Source of the DNA: Synechococcus sp. | GTDB lineage: Bacteria > Cyanobacteriota > Cyanobacteriia > PCC-6307 > Cyanobiaceae | Reading direction: 5' to 3' | NCBI GenBank assembly: GCA_047285305.1 | Contig: JBJBDL010000003.1 | Location: 2,016,001 to 2,080,000, forward strand | DNA length: 64,000 nucleotides | Shown here: one piece after another, positions 1 to 10,219 of the stretch | Layout: each line of letters opens with the position of its first letter | Numbering within the stretch: the stretch's first letter is position 1 | The notes under the pieces: model-generated | What the model saw: the letters and a program-made list of their open reading frames with translations, nothing else | Told to the model about the DNA's origin: nothing | Database searches by the model: none | Program-made: the position numbers and the translations under genes

Positions 1-2
1 CG

Positions 3-944
3 TCATGAGGAGGGGTCCGCAAGCGACAGCGGCTCCCAGAACCGGCGCCGTTGACTCACAAAGATGACCGACACGAGCACCATCACAACACCGATCCACT
101 GGAGCAGATCAAGGCGCTCTCCCAGCAACCACCCACCGGTGGCCAAGGCAAACACCGGTGTGAGGAATCCGAGGCTGCTGAAACTGGTGAGATCGCGCTG
201 ATTGGCGAACCAGAAGAACAATCCATAGGCCAGGGCGCTTCCGAGCAGGCTTGCGTACCCCATGCGCGCCCAGTCCGTTGCCGTCCAGGCCAAGCCAGCA
301 TCCGTGCGCTGCAGGGCATGAACCCCGAGCAGGGGAAGTCCCCCCAGCACCATGTGCCAGGCCGTGACGCTGACCGGATCGCTGTGGCGAGAGGCAAAGC
401 GAATCAACACCGTCCCAGCTGCCATGGCGACGGCCGCCAGCAACATCCAGCCCTCACCGGGCTGAAACAACTGCTGCAACACCGGCGGGTCAGCCAGCAA
501 CCACCAATGTCCCAACAGCTCAGCCGGCAGGCCGATGCAGACGATTCCAGCCAAACCGATGGCCAGCCCCATCCAGCCGATGGGATTGATCGACTCCATG
601 AACAACGCGCGTGCCATCAGGGCCACCAACAGAGGTTGGCAATCAATCAGGACGGAACCGAGACCCGCGCCTGTGCCTTCCAACCCCCGCGCCAACAGAC
701 CTTGAAACAAGGTGGCATCCACCAGGGTGAACAGGAGGAACCAAGGCCAATCACGGGAATCGATCGCCAGGCCTCGCCCGGTGCACTGCACCCAGAGAAG
801 AAGAGCCAAACCGGCAGGCACAAGGCGCAAGCCAGCAACCAGCCAAGGCCCTGCGCTGGCAAGCAATGGCGCCATGGCGGTCATCGCCGTTCCCCAGAGC
901 GCGAAGGGCAACACCATCAGAAACCAGAGTCGCAACGACGGCAT
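3..944 (-). CDS. DMT/EamA family membrane transporter
   Basis: 313 aa with about 10 hydrophobic helices in two EamA-like halves (ALWGTAM..., GLRLVPAG, FLTPVFALATGGWLLGERL). Confidence 0.85.
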   Translation of the reverse strand: MPSLRLWFLMVLPFALWGTAMTAMAPLLASAGPWLVAGLRLVPAGLALLLWVQCTGRGLAIDSRDWPWFLLFTLVDATLFQGLLARGLEGTGAGLGSVLIDCQPLLVALMARALFMESINPIGWMGLAIGLAGIVCIGLPAELLGHWWLLADPPVLQQLFQPGEGWMLLAAVAMAAGTVLIRFASRHSDPVSVTAWHMVLGGLPLLGVHALQRTDAGLAWTATDWARMGYASLLGSALAYGLFFWFANQRDLTSFSSLGFLTPVFALATGGWLLGERLDLLQWIGVVMVLVSVIFVSQRRRFWEPLSLADPSS

Positions 945-997
945 GGATGGGCGCTTGGGTGCTCTTTTTAAGATCTGGAGCGATGCAGATGCGCAAC

Positions 998-1810
998 ATG
1001 ATCTGGCCCTGGCGGCGAAAATCCCGACGACGGATGGCGCGCATCGTTGTTGATGGCCCCATTACCGGTGCCACGCGGAAGCGGGTGCTCAAAGCGCTGC
1101 GGGAGGTGAAGCAAAGGGAATTTCCAGCACTGCTGCTGCGCATTGACAGCCCCGGCGGCACGGTTGGAGACAGCCAGGAAATTCATGCAGCCCTGCTGCG
1201 GCTCCGGGAACAGGGCTGTCGCGTGGTGGCCAGCTTCGGCAACATCTCCGCCTCCGGCGGCGTCTACATCGGTGTGGCTGCGGAGAAAATCGTCGCCAAT
1301 CCCGGCACGATCACCGGTTCCATAGGGGTGATCCTGCGGGGCAACGACCTCTCGCGGGTGTTCGAAAAGATCGGGATTCGCTTCGACACGGTGAAGAGCG
1401 GTCCGTTCAAGGACATCCTTTCCCCGGATCGTCCGCTGAGCGATGCCGAACGTGCATTGCTTCAGGAGCTAATCGACAGCAGCTATGGCCAGTTCGTTGG
1501 TGTAGTGGCGCAGGGGCGAAATCTTGAGCTGGAGACGGTGAAGCGCTTCGCCGATGGACGGGTATTCAGCGGAGAACAGGCACAGGCGCTGGGCTTGGTG
1601 GATGAACTCGGCGACGAAGACCATGCCCGTCGCCTCGCGGCGCAGATGGCCAATCTCGACGCGGACGACATTCGCCCCGTGACCCTGGGCAAGCAACGCC
1701 GCAAGCTCAGTGGATTACTGCCGGGATCCCAGCTACTGCATCAACTGCAGCAGCGACTCTCGATTGAATTGATGGGGAGCGGTCAGGTGCTTTGGCTGTA
1801 CCGCCCATGA
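998..1810 (+). CDS. sppA: Signal peptide peptidase SppA (S49)
   Basis: Motifs LRIDSPGG, SASGGVYI, TITGSIGV, DGRVFSGEQA; start placed at ATG 998 (MIWPWRRK). Confidence 0.92.
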   Translation: MIWPWRRKSRRRMARIVVDGPITGATRKRVLKALREVKQREFPALLLRIDSPGGTVGDSQEIHAALLRLREQGCRVVASFGNISASGGVYIGVAAEKIVANPGTITGSIGVILRGNDLSRVFEKIGIRFDTVKSGPFKDILSPDRPLSDAERALLQELIDSSYGQFVGVVAQGRNLELETVKRFADGRVFSGEQAQALGLVDELGDEDHARRLAAQMANLDADDIRPVTLGKQRRKLSGLLPGSQLLHQLQQRLSIELMGSGQVLWLYRP

Positions 1811-2190
1811 CCAGCTCACCCCTTGTTCTTAGAGGCCTGCGCGGGGCCACCACCTGTACGGAGAACAGCACGGAGGCCATTCATGCGGCGGTCAGCGCCC
1901 TGATGGACGCCCTTGTCGATCGCAATGGTCTGACCCCCGACCAACTGGTGTCGGTGACCTTCTCGGTCACCGCCGATCTCGACGCCTGTTTCCCGGCAGC
2001 CATTGCACGACGGCGGCCCGGCTGGGACACGGTGGCGCTGCTGGATTGCCAGCAAATGGCTGTTCAAGGCGACCTCCCCCGCTGCATCCGTGTTCTGGCC
2101 CACGTCTGGATCCCACAGGACCAGCAACCCATGCACCCATATCAGGGCGACGCGCAGCAGCTCCGTCCAGACAGATCTGATCACAACTGA
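1807..2190 (+). CDS. aroH: Chorismate mutase, AroH class
   Basis: LRGLRGATT, FSVTADLDACFPA, LPRCIRVL, LRPDR motifs; ATGA overlap with the sppA stop. Confidence 0.92.
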   Translation: MTSSPLVLRGLRGATTCTENSTEAIHAAVSALMDALVDRNGLTPDQLVSVTFSVTADLDACFPAAIARRRPGWDTVALLDCQQMAVQGDLPRCIRVLAHVWIPQDQQPMHPYQGDAQQLRPDRSDHN

Positions 2191-2265
2191 CAGATCAGCC
2201 TCCGACCCCTGAGATCACCGCTCCGTGGTTGGACTCAGGAGAATCCCATCATCAAGATTCTTCCT

Positions 2266-2841
2266 ATGGCCCGTTCCACCATCAGACGCTTGCTTGCTGG
2301 AGCCGGCACCGCTGCAGCTCTGTTGATGGGCTCAGCACTCACCGGAGCTCCCGAGCAGATCGCCCACGCCCAGGGCACACCTGGGCTGATGGAATTCCGC
2401 TGGGACAACGACCGTGACTACCGGAAGCTGTACTACTACCAAACATCCAGCATCGAAAACGACCGCTCGGAGTGGTATCTCACCCTGCGCGAAAAGGATC
2501 GCAAGACCGCGATTCTCAAACTCACCGTCACTGTTCCGGACTACTTCGACGCCAAGCTCAAGCCCCACCGCATGCGCATTTGCCGCACCAGCGTTGGCAA
2601 CATGACGAGCCGCAGCAAGTGCCTCGAAGAGATCCCGGCGGTGATCGAGGTCAACAAAGACCAAACAGAAATCGTGGTCTTCCCCGACACGCCGCTGCCT
2701 TCAGACGGGGACTACTCACTTCACATCAAGCTGTTCAACCCCCAGGGGAAGCGCATGTATCAGTTCAACGCTCTGGTGCAGGCCCCCGGCGATGTGCCGA
2801 TGTCCGGCTACCGCGGCAGTTGGCTGATCGATGTGGACTGA
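2266..2841 (+). CDS. DUF2808-type exported cyanobacterial protein
   Basis: Signal peptide followed by the typical FNP..MYQFNAL..PGD..Y.GSW C-terminus; usual position upstream of rpmH. Confidence 0.7.
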   Translation: MARSTIRRLLAGAGTAAALLMGSALTGAPEQIAHAQGTPGLMEFRWDNDRDYRKLYYYQTSSIENDRSEWYLTLREKDRKTAILKLTVTVPDYFDAKLKPHRMRICRTSVGNMTSRSKCLEEIPAVIEVNKDQTEIVVFPDTPLPSDGDYSLHIKLFNPQGKRMYQFNALVQAPGDVPMSGYRGSWLIDVD

Positions 2842-2887
2842 CTGATAAAATCCCAGATTCAGATCGGCCGGTAGCCAGGAGACGTCC

Positions 2888-3025
2888 ATGACTAAGCGCA
2901 CCCTCGGGGGAACAAACCGCAAGAGGAAGCGCGTCTCGGGTTTCCGTGTACGGATGCGCTCTCACACCGGCCGCCGTGTGATCCGCACGCGCCGCAAGCG
3001 CGGCCGCGCCCGCCTCGCCGCTTGA
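2888..3025 (+). CDS. rpmH: 50S ribosomal protein L34
   Basis: Hand-translated [45 protein letters not shown]; too short for the ORF track. Confidence 0.97.
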
Positions 3026-3083
3026 TGGTGTGGGATGAATTCAGAGGATTCATCCCAGCCTCGGCATCCCCAAACAAAATTGG

Positions 3084-3473
3084 TTGATGGTCCTTCCCGC
3101 CTCGATGCGATTGCGCGGGCATCGATGCTTCAACCGTTTGCACCGGTCCTCCAAGCGCCAACACGGAACTTTGATGGTTCTGCGCGTTGCTGCAGGTGAT
3201 TCCAACTTGCTTCGCCGGGAGTTGCGTGGCATCCAGGAAAAAACCTGCCGCTGCGCCCTGGTGATCAGCAACAAAGTGAGCAAGCGTTCCGTCAAGCGGA
3301 ACCGGCTCAGGCGGCTTTTGCACGACCACCTGCGTCGACGTTTTGAACAGCGAAACGATTTAGCGGGCCGGTGGTTGCTGATCAGCCTTCGCCCGGAAGC
3401 CGCGGAAGCCGAACCCACACAGTTGCTCGAAGAATGCGACAGTCTTCTGAGAAGCGCCGGACTGGATCCATGA
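3084..3473 (+). CDS. rnpA: Ribonuclease P protein component
   Basis: RNR motif VISNKVSKRSVKRNRLRR; rpmH-rnpA-yidC synteny. Confidence 0.95.
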   Translation: MMVLPASMRLRGHRCFNRLHRSSKRQHGTLMVLRVAAGDSNLLRRELRGIQEKTCRCALVISNKVSKRSVKRNRLRRLLHDHLRRRFEQRNDLAGRWLLISLRPEAAEAEPTQLLEECDSLLRSAGLDP

Positions 3474-3877
3474 CCAGCATTCAGGAAGATGTCCACTACG
3501 ACGGTGGACCAGCCCGTGGGGATCTGATCTTCAACATCCTGCTTGGCTTCACTCTGATCGGCCTTCCCTTCACCATCGGAGCCGTTGTTCGGGCCCTTTG
3601 GCTGCGCTTCCGCATCACCAGTCGCCGCATCTCGGTGACGGGGGGCTGGATGGGCAAAGACAAAACCCAGGTGGTGTATTCACAGATCAGCGAAGTGCGC
3701 ACCGTGCCCCGTGGCTTTGGAGCCTGGGGAGACATGGTGTTGGTGCTCAAGGACGGCGCCAGGCTCGAACTGCGCTCGATGCCCCGATTCCGGGAAGTTG
3801 AGGCCTACATCCTCGAACGCATCAGCAGCCGTCCGGCCAAAGCCCAAGAGAAAACCACTGAAGGTTTCGCCGCCTGA
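3470..3877 (+). CDS. Bacterial PH domain membrane protein
   Basis: Two TM segments then [20 protein letters not shown]; conserved between rnpA and yidC in cyanobacteria. Confidence 0.8.
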   Translation: MTSIQEDVHYDGGPARGDLIFNILLGFTLIGLPFTIGAVVRALWLRFRITSRRISVTGGWMGKDKTQVVYSQISEVRTVPRGFGAWGDMVLVLKDGARLELRSMPRFREVEAYILERISSRPAKAQEKTTEGFAA

Positions 3878-3933
3878 GTTCAGCTGTTCATGCACACTGG
3901 CCTCACAACGTCCCGCCCCCCCGTTTCTTCAAC

Positions 3934-5064
3934 GTGATCGGATACATCTCCGACAACCTGCTGATTCCAATCCTGGACTTCTTCTATGGGTTGGTTCCGA
4001 GCTATGGCCTGGCCATCGTCGCCCTCACCCTCGTGATCCGGATCGCGCTCTACCCCCTGAGCGCAGGATCGATTCGCAGCGCTCGGCGCATGCGGATCGC
4101 CCAACCGGTGATTCAGAAACGTCAGGCTGAGATCAAAAGCCGGTATGCCAACAATCCTCAGAAACAGCAGGAGGAGCTGGGCAATGTGATGAAGGAATTC
4201 GGCAGCCCCCTGGCGGGATGCCTGCCGCTGCTGGTGCAGATGCCGATCCTTTTTGCACTGTTTGCAACCCTGCGGGGGTCACCGTTCGCCGACGTCCCTT
4301 ACACGTTGAACATGAAGGTGTTGCCGGCAGACCAGATCGCTGCCGTTGAACCCAAACCGTTCAACAGCGCCAGCCATTCCATCTTCATCGGTGAAACCGA
4401 GCATGTGCCGGTGATCGCCAGCCTGCCGCGGGGCACCAAGATCGGCGTTGGCGACAGCGCCACCATCAACCTTCATACGAAGGACGGCCGCTCCTTCAGC
4501 GACGTGCTCACGGATGTTGAGAGACCTGGACGCTTCGCCCCCACATGGGCAGTGACCAAAGGCGATGACATCGTCAGCGTCAGTGACGACGGCACGATCA
4601 CGGCCCTCGCGGCCGGTGATGCCACCGTTGAAGCGAAGATTCCTGGCCTGGCAGCCCGCAGCGGCTTCCTGTTCATCAAAGCCCTGGGCCAGGTCGGCTT
4701 CTATGCCGACGGTGCCATCAATTGGGACATCGCCATTCTCGTTGCCGGCTTCGGCATCACCCTGTTCATCTCCCAACTGCTGTCGGGCATGGGCATGCCT
4801 GCCAACCCTCAGCAGGCCACGGCCAATAAAATCACTCCGGTGATGATCACCGGGATGTTCTTGTTCTTCCCACTCCCCGCCGGAGTTCTGCTCTACATGC
4901 TGATCGCCAACATCTTCCAAGGCCTTCAGACCTTCATCCTCACCAAAGAGGCATTGCCCGACAACCTGCAAAAAATTCTGGATCAGCAAATGGCCCAGAA
5001 AACAGTGACAGTCTCTGCCACCTCAGGCGGCTCACGCCTGCCCTTTGAACCGAAGGGCAAGTGA
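3934..5064 (+). CDS. yidC: Membrane protein insertase YidC
   Basis: [38 protein letters not shown] motifs. Confidence 0.96.
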   Translation: MIGYISDNLLIPILDFFYGLVPSYGLAIVALTLVIRIALYPLSAGSIRSARRMRIAQPVIQKRQAEIKSRYANNPQKQQEELGNVMKEFGSPLAGCLPLLVQMPILFALFATLRGSPFADVPYTLNMKVLPADQIAAVEPKPFNSASHSIFIGETEHVPVIASLPRGTKIGVGDSATINLHTKDGRSFSDVLTDVERPGRFAPTWAVTKGDDIVSVSDDGTITALAAGDATVEAKIPGLAARSGFLFIKALGQVGFYADGAINWDIAILVAGFGITLFISQLLSGMGMPANPQQATANKITPVMITGMFLFFPLPAGVLLYMLIANIFQGLQTFILTKEALPDNLQKILDQQMAQKTVTVSATSGGSRLPFEPKGK

Positions 5065-5597
5065 TCGAGGCACTGGAGCCTGTTCCCCTCCAAGAGCTCC
5101 GAGCCCTCGGTACAGCGAAAGTCTGGGAGGTTGAGGGTGAGCTCGATGAGCTCCCCTCGCTCACACCAGTGCGAGGCCATGTTTCCGCAGAACACCGCGG
5201 CAACGTCTTGGAGGTTGAGGGGAAACTCAACACGATCGTGACGCTCTGCTGCGATCGCTGCCTGAATCAGTTCAATCAGAAGCTCAGCTGCACGCCTTCC
5301 GAACTGATCTGGCTGGGAGACGAGCAACCGACGGCCGACGAACTGGAGCTTTCCGGAGAGGTCTCCGAGATGGAAGGGCTGGTAGATGTTCTCGATCCAC
5401 GCGGTCAATTTGACCCCCAGCAATGGGCCTTCGAACAGCTCAACCTTCTGTTGCCGGTCGTCAACCACTGCGGTGACCACTGCCCAGGCCCACCAGGCCT
5501 AAAGCAGCAGCCCGTGATCCCAGACACCAAGACAAAGGTTGTGGATCCCCGCTGGCAGGCCCTGCAGCAGCTTCAGCAGCCAGTGGATCAGCCATGA
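5061..5597 (+). CDS. YceD/DUF177 family protein
   Basis: CDRCL and C-x3-CPG motifs, C-terminal DPRWQAL. Confidence 0.88.
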   Translation: MIEALEPVPLQELRALGTAKVWEVEGELDELPSLTPVRGHVSAEHRGNVLEVEGKLNTIVTLCCDRCLNQFNQKLSCTPSELIWLGDEQPTADELELSGEVSEMEGLVDVLDPRGQFDPQQWAFEQLNLLLPVVNHCGDHCPGPPGLKQQPVIPDTKTKVVDPRWQALQQLQQPVDQP

Positions 5598-7084
5598 GCA
5601 GTGCCACCTGGGGAGATCAGATCGACCTTCTGGTGCGTGCGCGCACACCCCTGATCTGGGTGCGGAGCAATGAGGAAGCCCGGGTGGAGAGCCTGCTGGG
5701 AGAGGCTGCTCAGCGGCTTGAACGCCAGCTGGTCTGCTGGAATTTCATCGATGGCATCACCGGGCCGGTGAATACCGACGGCCAGGGGAGTCGTCAACCA
5801 ATGGCCATGCTGCAATGGCTCCAGCAACGGGATGCGGGCAGCCCAACCCTTCTGCTCGCCAAGGATTTTCATCGTTTCTGCGATGACCCGGGCGTTGCCC
5901 GGATGCTTCGCAATCTCGAAGCATCCCTGCGCAGCACCCCGCACACTTTGGTGTTGTGCTGCGGGCAATGGACACCCCCCGGTGATCTGGAAGAAAGCCT
6001 CACGCTTCTCGATCTCCCCCTCCCCGACAACAACGACCTGCGCCGGCTAATCAGCAACATCGGCACCAGCAGCGGCAGCCCCCTGCCAGCTCCTGTCCTG
6101 GATGAATTGGCTCAGGCCTGCAGCGGGCTCAGCGAGATGCGTGTTCGCCAGGTGGCCGCCCGGGCCCTGGCCCGCCGCGGCCAGTTGGGATCTGAGGACC
6201 TGCAGGACGTTCTGGACGAAAAACGGCAGACGATTGCCCGCAGTGAGGTGCTGGAGTTCTGTCGCAGCGATGCGGGCACCGAAGCCATCGGAGGCCTCGA
6301 TAGTCTCAAGACCTGGCTGAACCAACGGCACCGGGCCTTCTCGGAAGATGCACGGCGTTACGGCCTGCCTCTGCCCCGTGGCGTCCTGCTCGTGGGGCCT
6401 CAAGGCACAGGCAAATCACTCACGGCCAAGGCCATCGCCTGCAGTTGGTCGATGCCCCTATTGCGTCTGGATGTGGGGCGGTTGTTCGCGGGCCTGGTGG
6501 GGGCCAGCGAGGCACGCACCCGCGAGATGATCCAACGGGCTGAAGCCATGGCACCCTGCGTGCTCTGGATCGATGAGATCGATAAGGGCTTCGGCGGGGA
6601 TGGCCGAAGTGACGGCGGCACCACCCAGCGGGTTCTGGCCAACGTCCTCACCTGGATGGCTGAAAAGCAGTCACCGGTGTTCGTGGTGGCCACCGCCAAC
6701 GGCGTTGAGAAGCTGCCACCGGAGCTGCTGCGCAAGGGACGTTTTGATGAGATCTTCATGCTCGATCTGCCCAGCAGCGCTGAGCGCCACAGCATTCTGG
6801 AGCTGCATCTGGAACGGAGACGCCCAGGGCTGAAGCTTCCCCTGGACACGGTGGTGAGCCGCAGTGAGGGCTTCTCCGGTGCCGAACTGGAGCAGACCGT
6901 GATTGAGGCGATGCACTTGGCCTTTGCCGACAACCGTGAGTTGACCGAGCCGGATCTGATTGGAGCGGCCTCCCAGCTCATCCCCCTCTCCCGCACCGCT
7001 AGCGAACAGCTCGAGCGGCTGAAGCAGTGGGCTGCAGGTGGCCGTGCCCGCCCCGCCTCTGTTGCTGCAGGTAACGAAGCCTGA
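5594..7084 (+). CDS. ycf46: Ycf46-like AAA ATPase
   Basis: Walker A GPQGTGKS, Walker B LWIDEIDK, SRH PPELLRKGRFDE. Confidence 0.85.
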   Translation: MSSATWGDQIDLLVRARTPLIWVRSNEEARVESLLGEAAQRLERQLVCWNFIDGITGPVNTDGQGSRQPMAMLQWLQQRDAGSPTLLLAKDFHRFCDDPGVARMLRNLEASLRSTPHTLVLCCGQWTPPGDLEESLTLLDLPLPDNNDLRRLISNIGTSSGSPLPAPVLDELAQACSGLSEMRVRQVAARALARRGQLGSEDLQDVLDEKRQTIARSEVLEFCRSDAGTEAIGGLDSLKTWLNQRHRAFSEDARRYGLPLPRGVLLVGPQGTGKSLTAKAIACSWSMPLLRLDVGRLFAGLVGASEARTREMIQRAEAMAPCVLWIDEIDKGFGGDGRSDGGTTQRVLANVLTWMAEKQSPVFVVATANGVEKLPPELLRKGRFDEIFMLDLPSSAERHSILELHLERRRPGLKLPLDTVVSRSEGFSGAELEQTVIEAMHLAFADNRELTEPDLIGAASQLIPLSRTASEQLERLKQWAAGGRARPASVAAGNEA

Positions 7085-7162
7085 CGCGGCGTAACGAACG
7101 CCAGCCTTGAGTAAGGCGCTGACCGGCGCCCTCCCTACGGTCCTCACAACAGCAGGACCAAC

Positions 7163-7324
7163 GTGGAGAGCCGCAACGACATCGCCACTCAGCTCTGCGT
7201 GGCCTGCCTTGGTGCCGGCGTGATCACGACCATGGCTGTGGCCCAGGGTCAAAGCCCCCTCACCGCTCTTGGCATCACCCTGTTCTCGGGCATCGCGGCG
7301 GTGATGGTCGGCCAGGTGCTCTGA
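7163..7324 (+). CDS. Small two-TM membrane protein (53 aa)
   Basis: Hand-translated MESRNDIATQLCVACLGAGVITTMAVAQGQSPLTALGITLFSGIAAVMVGQVL; AGGA RBS; fills the gap before serS. Confidence 0.7.
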   Translation: MESRNDIATQLCVACLGAGVITTMAVAQGQSPLTALGITLFSGIAAVMVGQVL

Positions 7325-7366
7325 AACGCACTGCCATAGGCTGCCGGCGCTGACGCCCCTGAAGCC

Positions 7367-8644
7367 GTGCTCGATCAGCGCCTTGTGCGTGACAACCCCG
7401 AAACGATCGCCCAGCAACTGGGGCGTCGAGGTAAGGCTGTTGATCTCACCAAACTGCAGCAGATTGCCCGGCAGCAGCGAGATCTGGAGCAACAACGCAG
7501 CAACCTGCAGGCGGAAGGAAACCGGATCGGCAAGGAAGTCGGCCAACTCATCAAGTCGGGCGCTGATCCCAAAGGCGACGAAGTCGCCGAACTCCGCCAA
7601 CAGGGCAATGCCATTAAGCAGAAGGTGGCAGTGCTGGAGGAGGAGGAGAAGCAGCTCTCCAGTGAGCTCAAGCAACAGCTGCTGGGGTTCCCAAACCTCC
7701 CTTCAGAGGCCTGTCCTGATGGGCGCAGTGAAAACGACAACGTTGAAGTGCGCCGCTGGGGAACCCCCCGGGTTGACGACAACCTCGAAGAGCACTGGCA
7801 GATCGCTGAGCGGTTACAGCTGTTCGACACCGAACGCTCCGTCCGCATCGCGCAGAGCCGTTTCGTCACACTGATGGGCCAAGGGGCACGGCTGGAGCGT
7901 GGCCTGATCAATTTCATGCTCGACCTCCACACGAGCAAGGGCTACCGAGAGGTTCTGCCCCCAGTGCTGGTGAACAGCGCCAGCCTCACCGGATCAGGAC
8001 AACTGCCCAAGTTCGCCGAGGAAAGCTTCCGTTGCGCGGAAGACGACCTCTGGCTGACACCGACCGCTGAGGTGCCCGTGACCTCCCTGCACCGGGACGA
8101 AATCATCCCGGCAGATCAACTGCCCCTGCGCTACGCCGCCTACAGCCCCTGCTTCCGCCGTGAGGCCGGCAGCTACGGCCGCGACACCCGTGGCCTGATC
8201 CGCCTGCACCAATTCAACAAGGTGGAGCTGTACTGGTTTGTGCACCCCGATCACTCCGAAGAGGCGCACCAACAAATCACAGCCGATGCAGAGGCCGTGC
8301 TTCAGGCGCTGGAGCTGCCCTATCGGGTCTTGGACCTCTGCACCGCTGACCTCGGCTTTTCCGCCCGCCGGACCTACGACCTTGAAGTGTGGCTGCCGGG
8401 AGCAGGGGCCTACCGGGAAATCTCCAGTTGCAGCGTCTGTGGTGATTTCCAGGCGCGACGGTCCTCCATCCGCACCAAGGAAGGCAAGGCCACAAAGTTG
8501 GTTCACACCCTGAATGGCAGTGGCCTGGCTGTCGGCAGAACCATGGCGGCCCTGTTGGAAAACGGCCAAGAGCCCGACGGCAGCGTCCTGCTGCCCAAAG
8601 CGCTGGTGCCCTACGTCGGCCGAGAGCGACTCCAGCCAGAATGA
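7367..8644 (+). CDS. serS: Serine--tRNA ligase
   Basis: N-terminal coiled coil, [39 protein letters not shown]. Confidence 0.98.
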   Translation: MLDQRLVRDNPETIAQQLGRRGKAVDLTKLQQIARQQRDLEQQRSNLQAEGNRIGKEVGQLIKSGADPKGDEVAELRQQGNAIKQKVAVLEEEEKQLSSELKQQLLGFPNLPSEACPDGRSENDNVEVRRWGTPRVDDNLEEHWQIAERLQLFDTERSVRIAQSRFVTLMGQGARLERGLINFMLDLHTSKGYREVLPPVLVNSASLTGSGQLPKFAEESFRCAEDDLWLTPTAEVPVTSLHRDEIIPADQLPLRYAAYSPCFRREAGSYGRDTRGLIRLHQFNKVELYWFVHPDHSEEAHQQITADAEAVLQALELPYRVLDLCTADLGFSARRTYDLEVWLPGAGAYREISSCSVCGDFQARRSSIRTKEGKATKLVHTLNGSGLAVGRTMAALLENGQEPDGSVLLPKALVPYVGRERLQPE

Positions 8645-8668
8645 TCCGACTGGACTCCTGACGGACAT

Positions 8669-9751
8669 ATGAACGTGTTGGCCGCCCTTCTGGTCCTCGC
8701 CCTGCTGATCTTGGTGCATGAGGCCGGCCATTTCCTCGCTGCCACGCTCCAGGGCATCCGCGTCAGCGGTTTTTCCATTGGCTTTGGCCCGGCCCTAATC
8801 AAGAGGCAACGGCGTGGGGTGACCTACGCCATGCGGCTGCTGCCCCTGGGTGGTTTCGTCGCCTTCCCTGACGACGATGAGGAGAGCACGATCCCTGCTG
8901 ATGATCCGGATCTGCTGCGCAACCGGCCCATCCCCCAGCAAGCCCTGGTGGTGGCTGCAGGGGTTTTGGCCAACCTGGCCTTGGCACTGGTGGTGCTGTT
9001 CGCTCAGGCAGCGTTTGTCGGCGTTCCCGCCGCACCTGATCCGGGGGTTCTGGTGGTGCAGGTGCAGCCGGGTGGTGCTGCCGCCCGCTCCGGGCTTCGT
9101 GCCGGTGACCAGATCCTCAGCCTGAATGCCCAACCCCTTGCCGCAGGACAACGGGGCGTTGAAGCGATGGTTCGGGATGTGAAAGCGGCACCCAAGCGAG
9201 CCATCCGCGTGGAGCGAAAGCGGGGAGACGAGACGTCCACCCTTGAACTCATCCCGGACGACCAACAGGGCACAGGAAAAATCGGCGCCCAGCTGCAGGC
9301 CAACATCAGTGGGGAGATGCGCGCCGTGCGCAATCCCGGTGAACTGGTGCTCACCACCGGCTCGCAGTTCAGCCAAATGCTGCAACAAACCGTGCGTGGC
9401 TATGCCAGCCTCCTGACCAACTTCCGCGCCACAGCGGGGCAGGTGAGTGGCCCCGTCAAGATCGTTGAGATGGGAGCTCAGCTCAGCCAGCGAGGGGGGT
9501 CAGGGTTGGTGCTCTTCTCAGCCCTGATCTCAATCAATCTGGCGGTGCTCAATTCACTGCCGCTGCCGCTGCTCGATGGCTGGCAGATGATGATGCTGGC
9601 GATTCAATCCGTTCGGGGTCGTCCGGTGTCCGAACGGATCCAAATGGCCTTCGTGCAATCCGGTTTTCTTCTGCTGGTGGGGCTCACGCTTGTGCTGATC
9701 GTGCGTGACACCAGCCAGCTGCCGGTGGTCCAGCAATTGATGAGTCGCTAG
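8669..9751 (+). CDS. rseP: RIP metalloprotease RseP
   Basis: HEAGH zinc motif, PDZ domain, NSLPLPLLDG. Confidence 0.93.
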   Translation: MNVLAALLVLALLILVHEAGHFLAATLQGIRVSGFSIGFGPALIKRQRRGVTYAMRLLPLGGFVAFPDDDEESTIPADDPDLLRNRPIPQQALVVAAGVLANLALALVVLFAQAAFVGVPAAPDPGVLVVQVQPGGAAARSGLRAGDQILSLNAQPLAAGQRGVEAMVRDVKAAPKRAIRVERKRGDETSTLELIPDDQQGTGKIGAQLQANISGEMRAVRNPGELVLTTGSQFSQMLQQTVRGYASLLTNFRATAGQVSGPVKIVEMGAQLSQRGGSGLVLFSALISINLAVLNSLPLPLLDGWQMMMLAIQSVRGRPVSERIQMAFVQSGFLLLVGLTLVLIVRDTSQLPVVQQLMSR

Positions 9752-9808
9752 GAGGGTGATGGCGCCCATGTATCGTTGACGATTCGTTCACTCGCTGCCC
9801 TCAGCTGC

Positions 9809-10111
9809 ATGGCCAAGAAGTCGATGATCGCTCGCGATGTGAAGCGCAAGAAAACGGTTGAGCGCTATGCGGCCAAGCGCGCAGCACTGATGGCAGCCTT
9901 CAACGCAGCCGAAGATCCGATGGATCGCTTGGAGATCCATCGCAAGATTCAGGCTCTGCCTCGCAACAGCGCACGCATCCGTGTGCGCAACCGCTGCTGG
10001 GCAACCGGCAAGCCCCGCGGCGTTTATCGCGATTTCGGTCTCTGCCGTAACCAGCTGCGTGAGCGTGCCCACAAAGGTGAACTGCCCGGCGTAGTCAAGT
10101 CCAGCTGGTGA
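9809..10111 (+). CDS. rpsN: 30S ribosomal protein S14
   Basis: MAKKSMIAR...[12 protein letters not shown]...[11 protein letters not shown]. Confidence 0.98.
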   Translation: MAKKSMIARDVKRKKTVERYAAKRAALMAAFNAAEDPMDRLEIHRKIQALPRNSARIRVRNRCWATGKPRGVYRDFGLCRNQLRERAHKGELPGVVKSSW

Positions 10112-10134
10112 TGAGCTTGTCGCCATGGCGTCGT

Positions 10135-10163
10135 AAGGGGGAGGCTTTGCCTCCCCCTTTCTT
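10135..10163 (+). terminator. Intrinsic terminator after rpsN
   Basis: Hairpin AAGGGGGAGGC-TTT-GCCTCCCCCTT followed by a T-rich tail. Confidence 0.7.
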
Positions 10164-10219
10164 GTGAAGAGCAGCCATGAAATGTCAGACTTGGGATTGA
10201 CAAAAGGACATAAGACGTC

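Noticed and set aside
2888..5064. oriC next to rpmH-rnpA-yidC
   Set aside because: No dnaA or dnaN and no DnaA-box cluster upstream of rpmH here.
5251..5258. HIP1 octamer GCGATCGC
   Set aside because: Only scattered occurrences were noticed, not the high density of HIP1-rich cyanobacteria.
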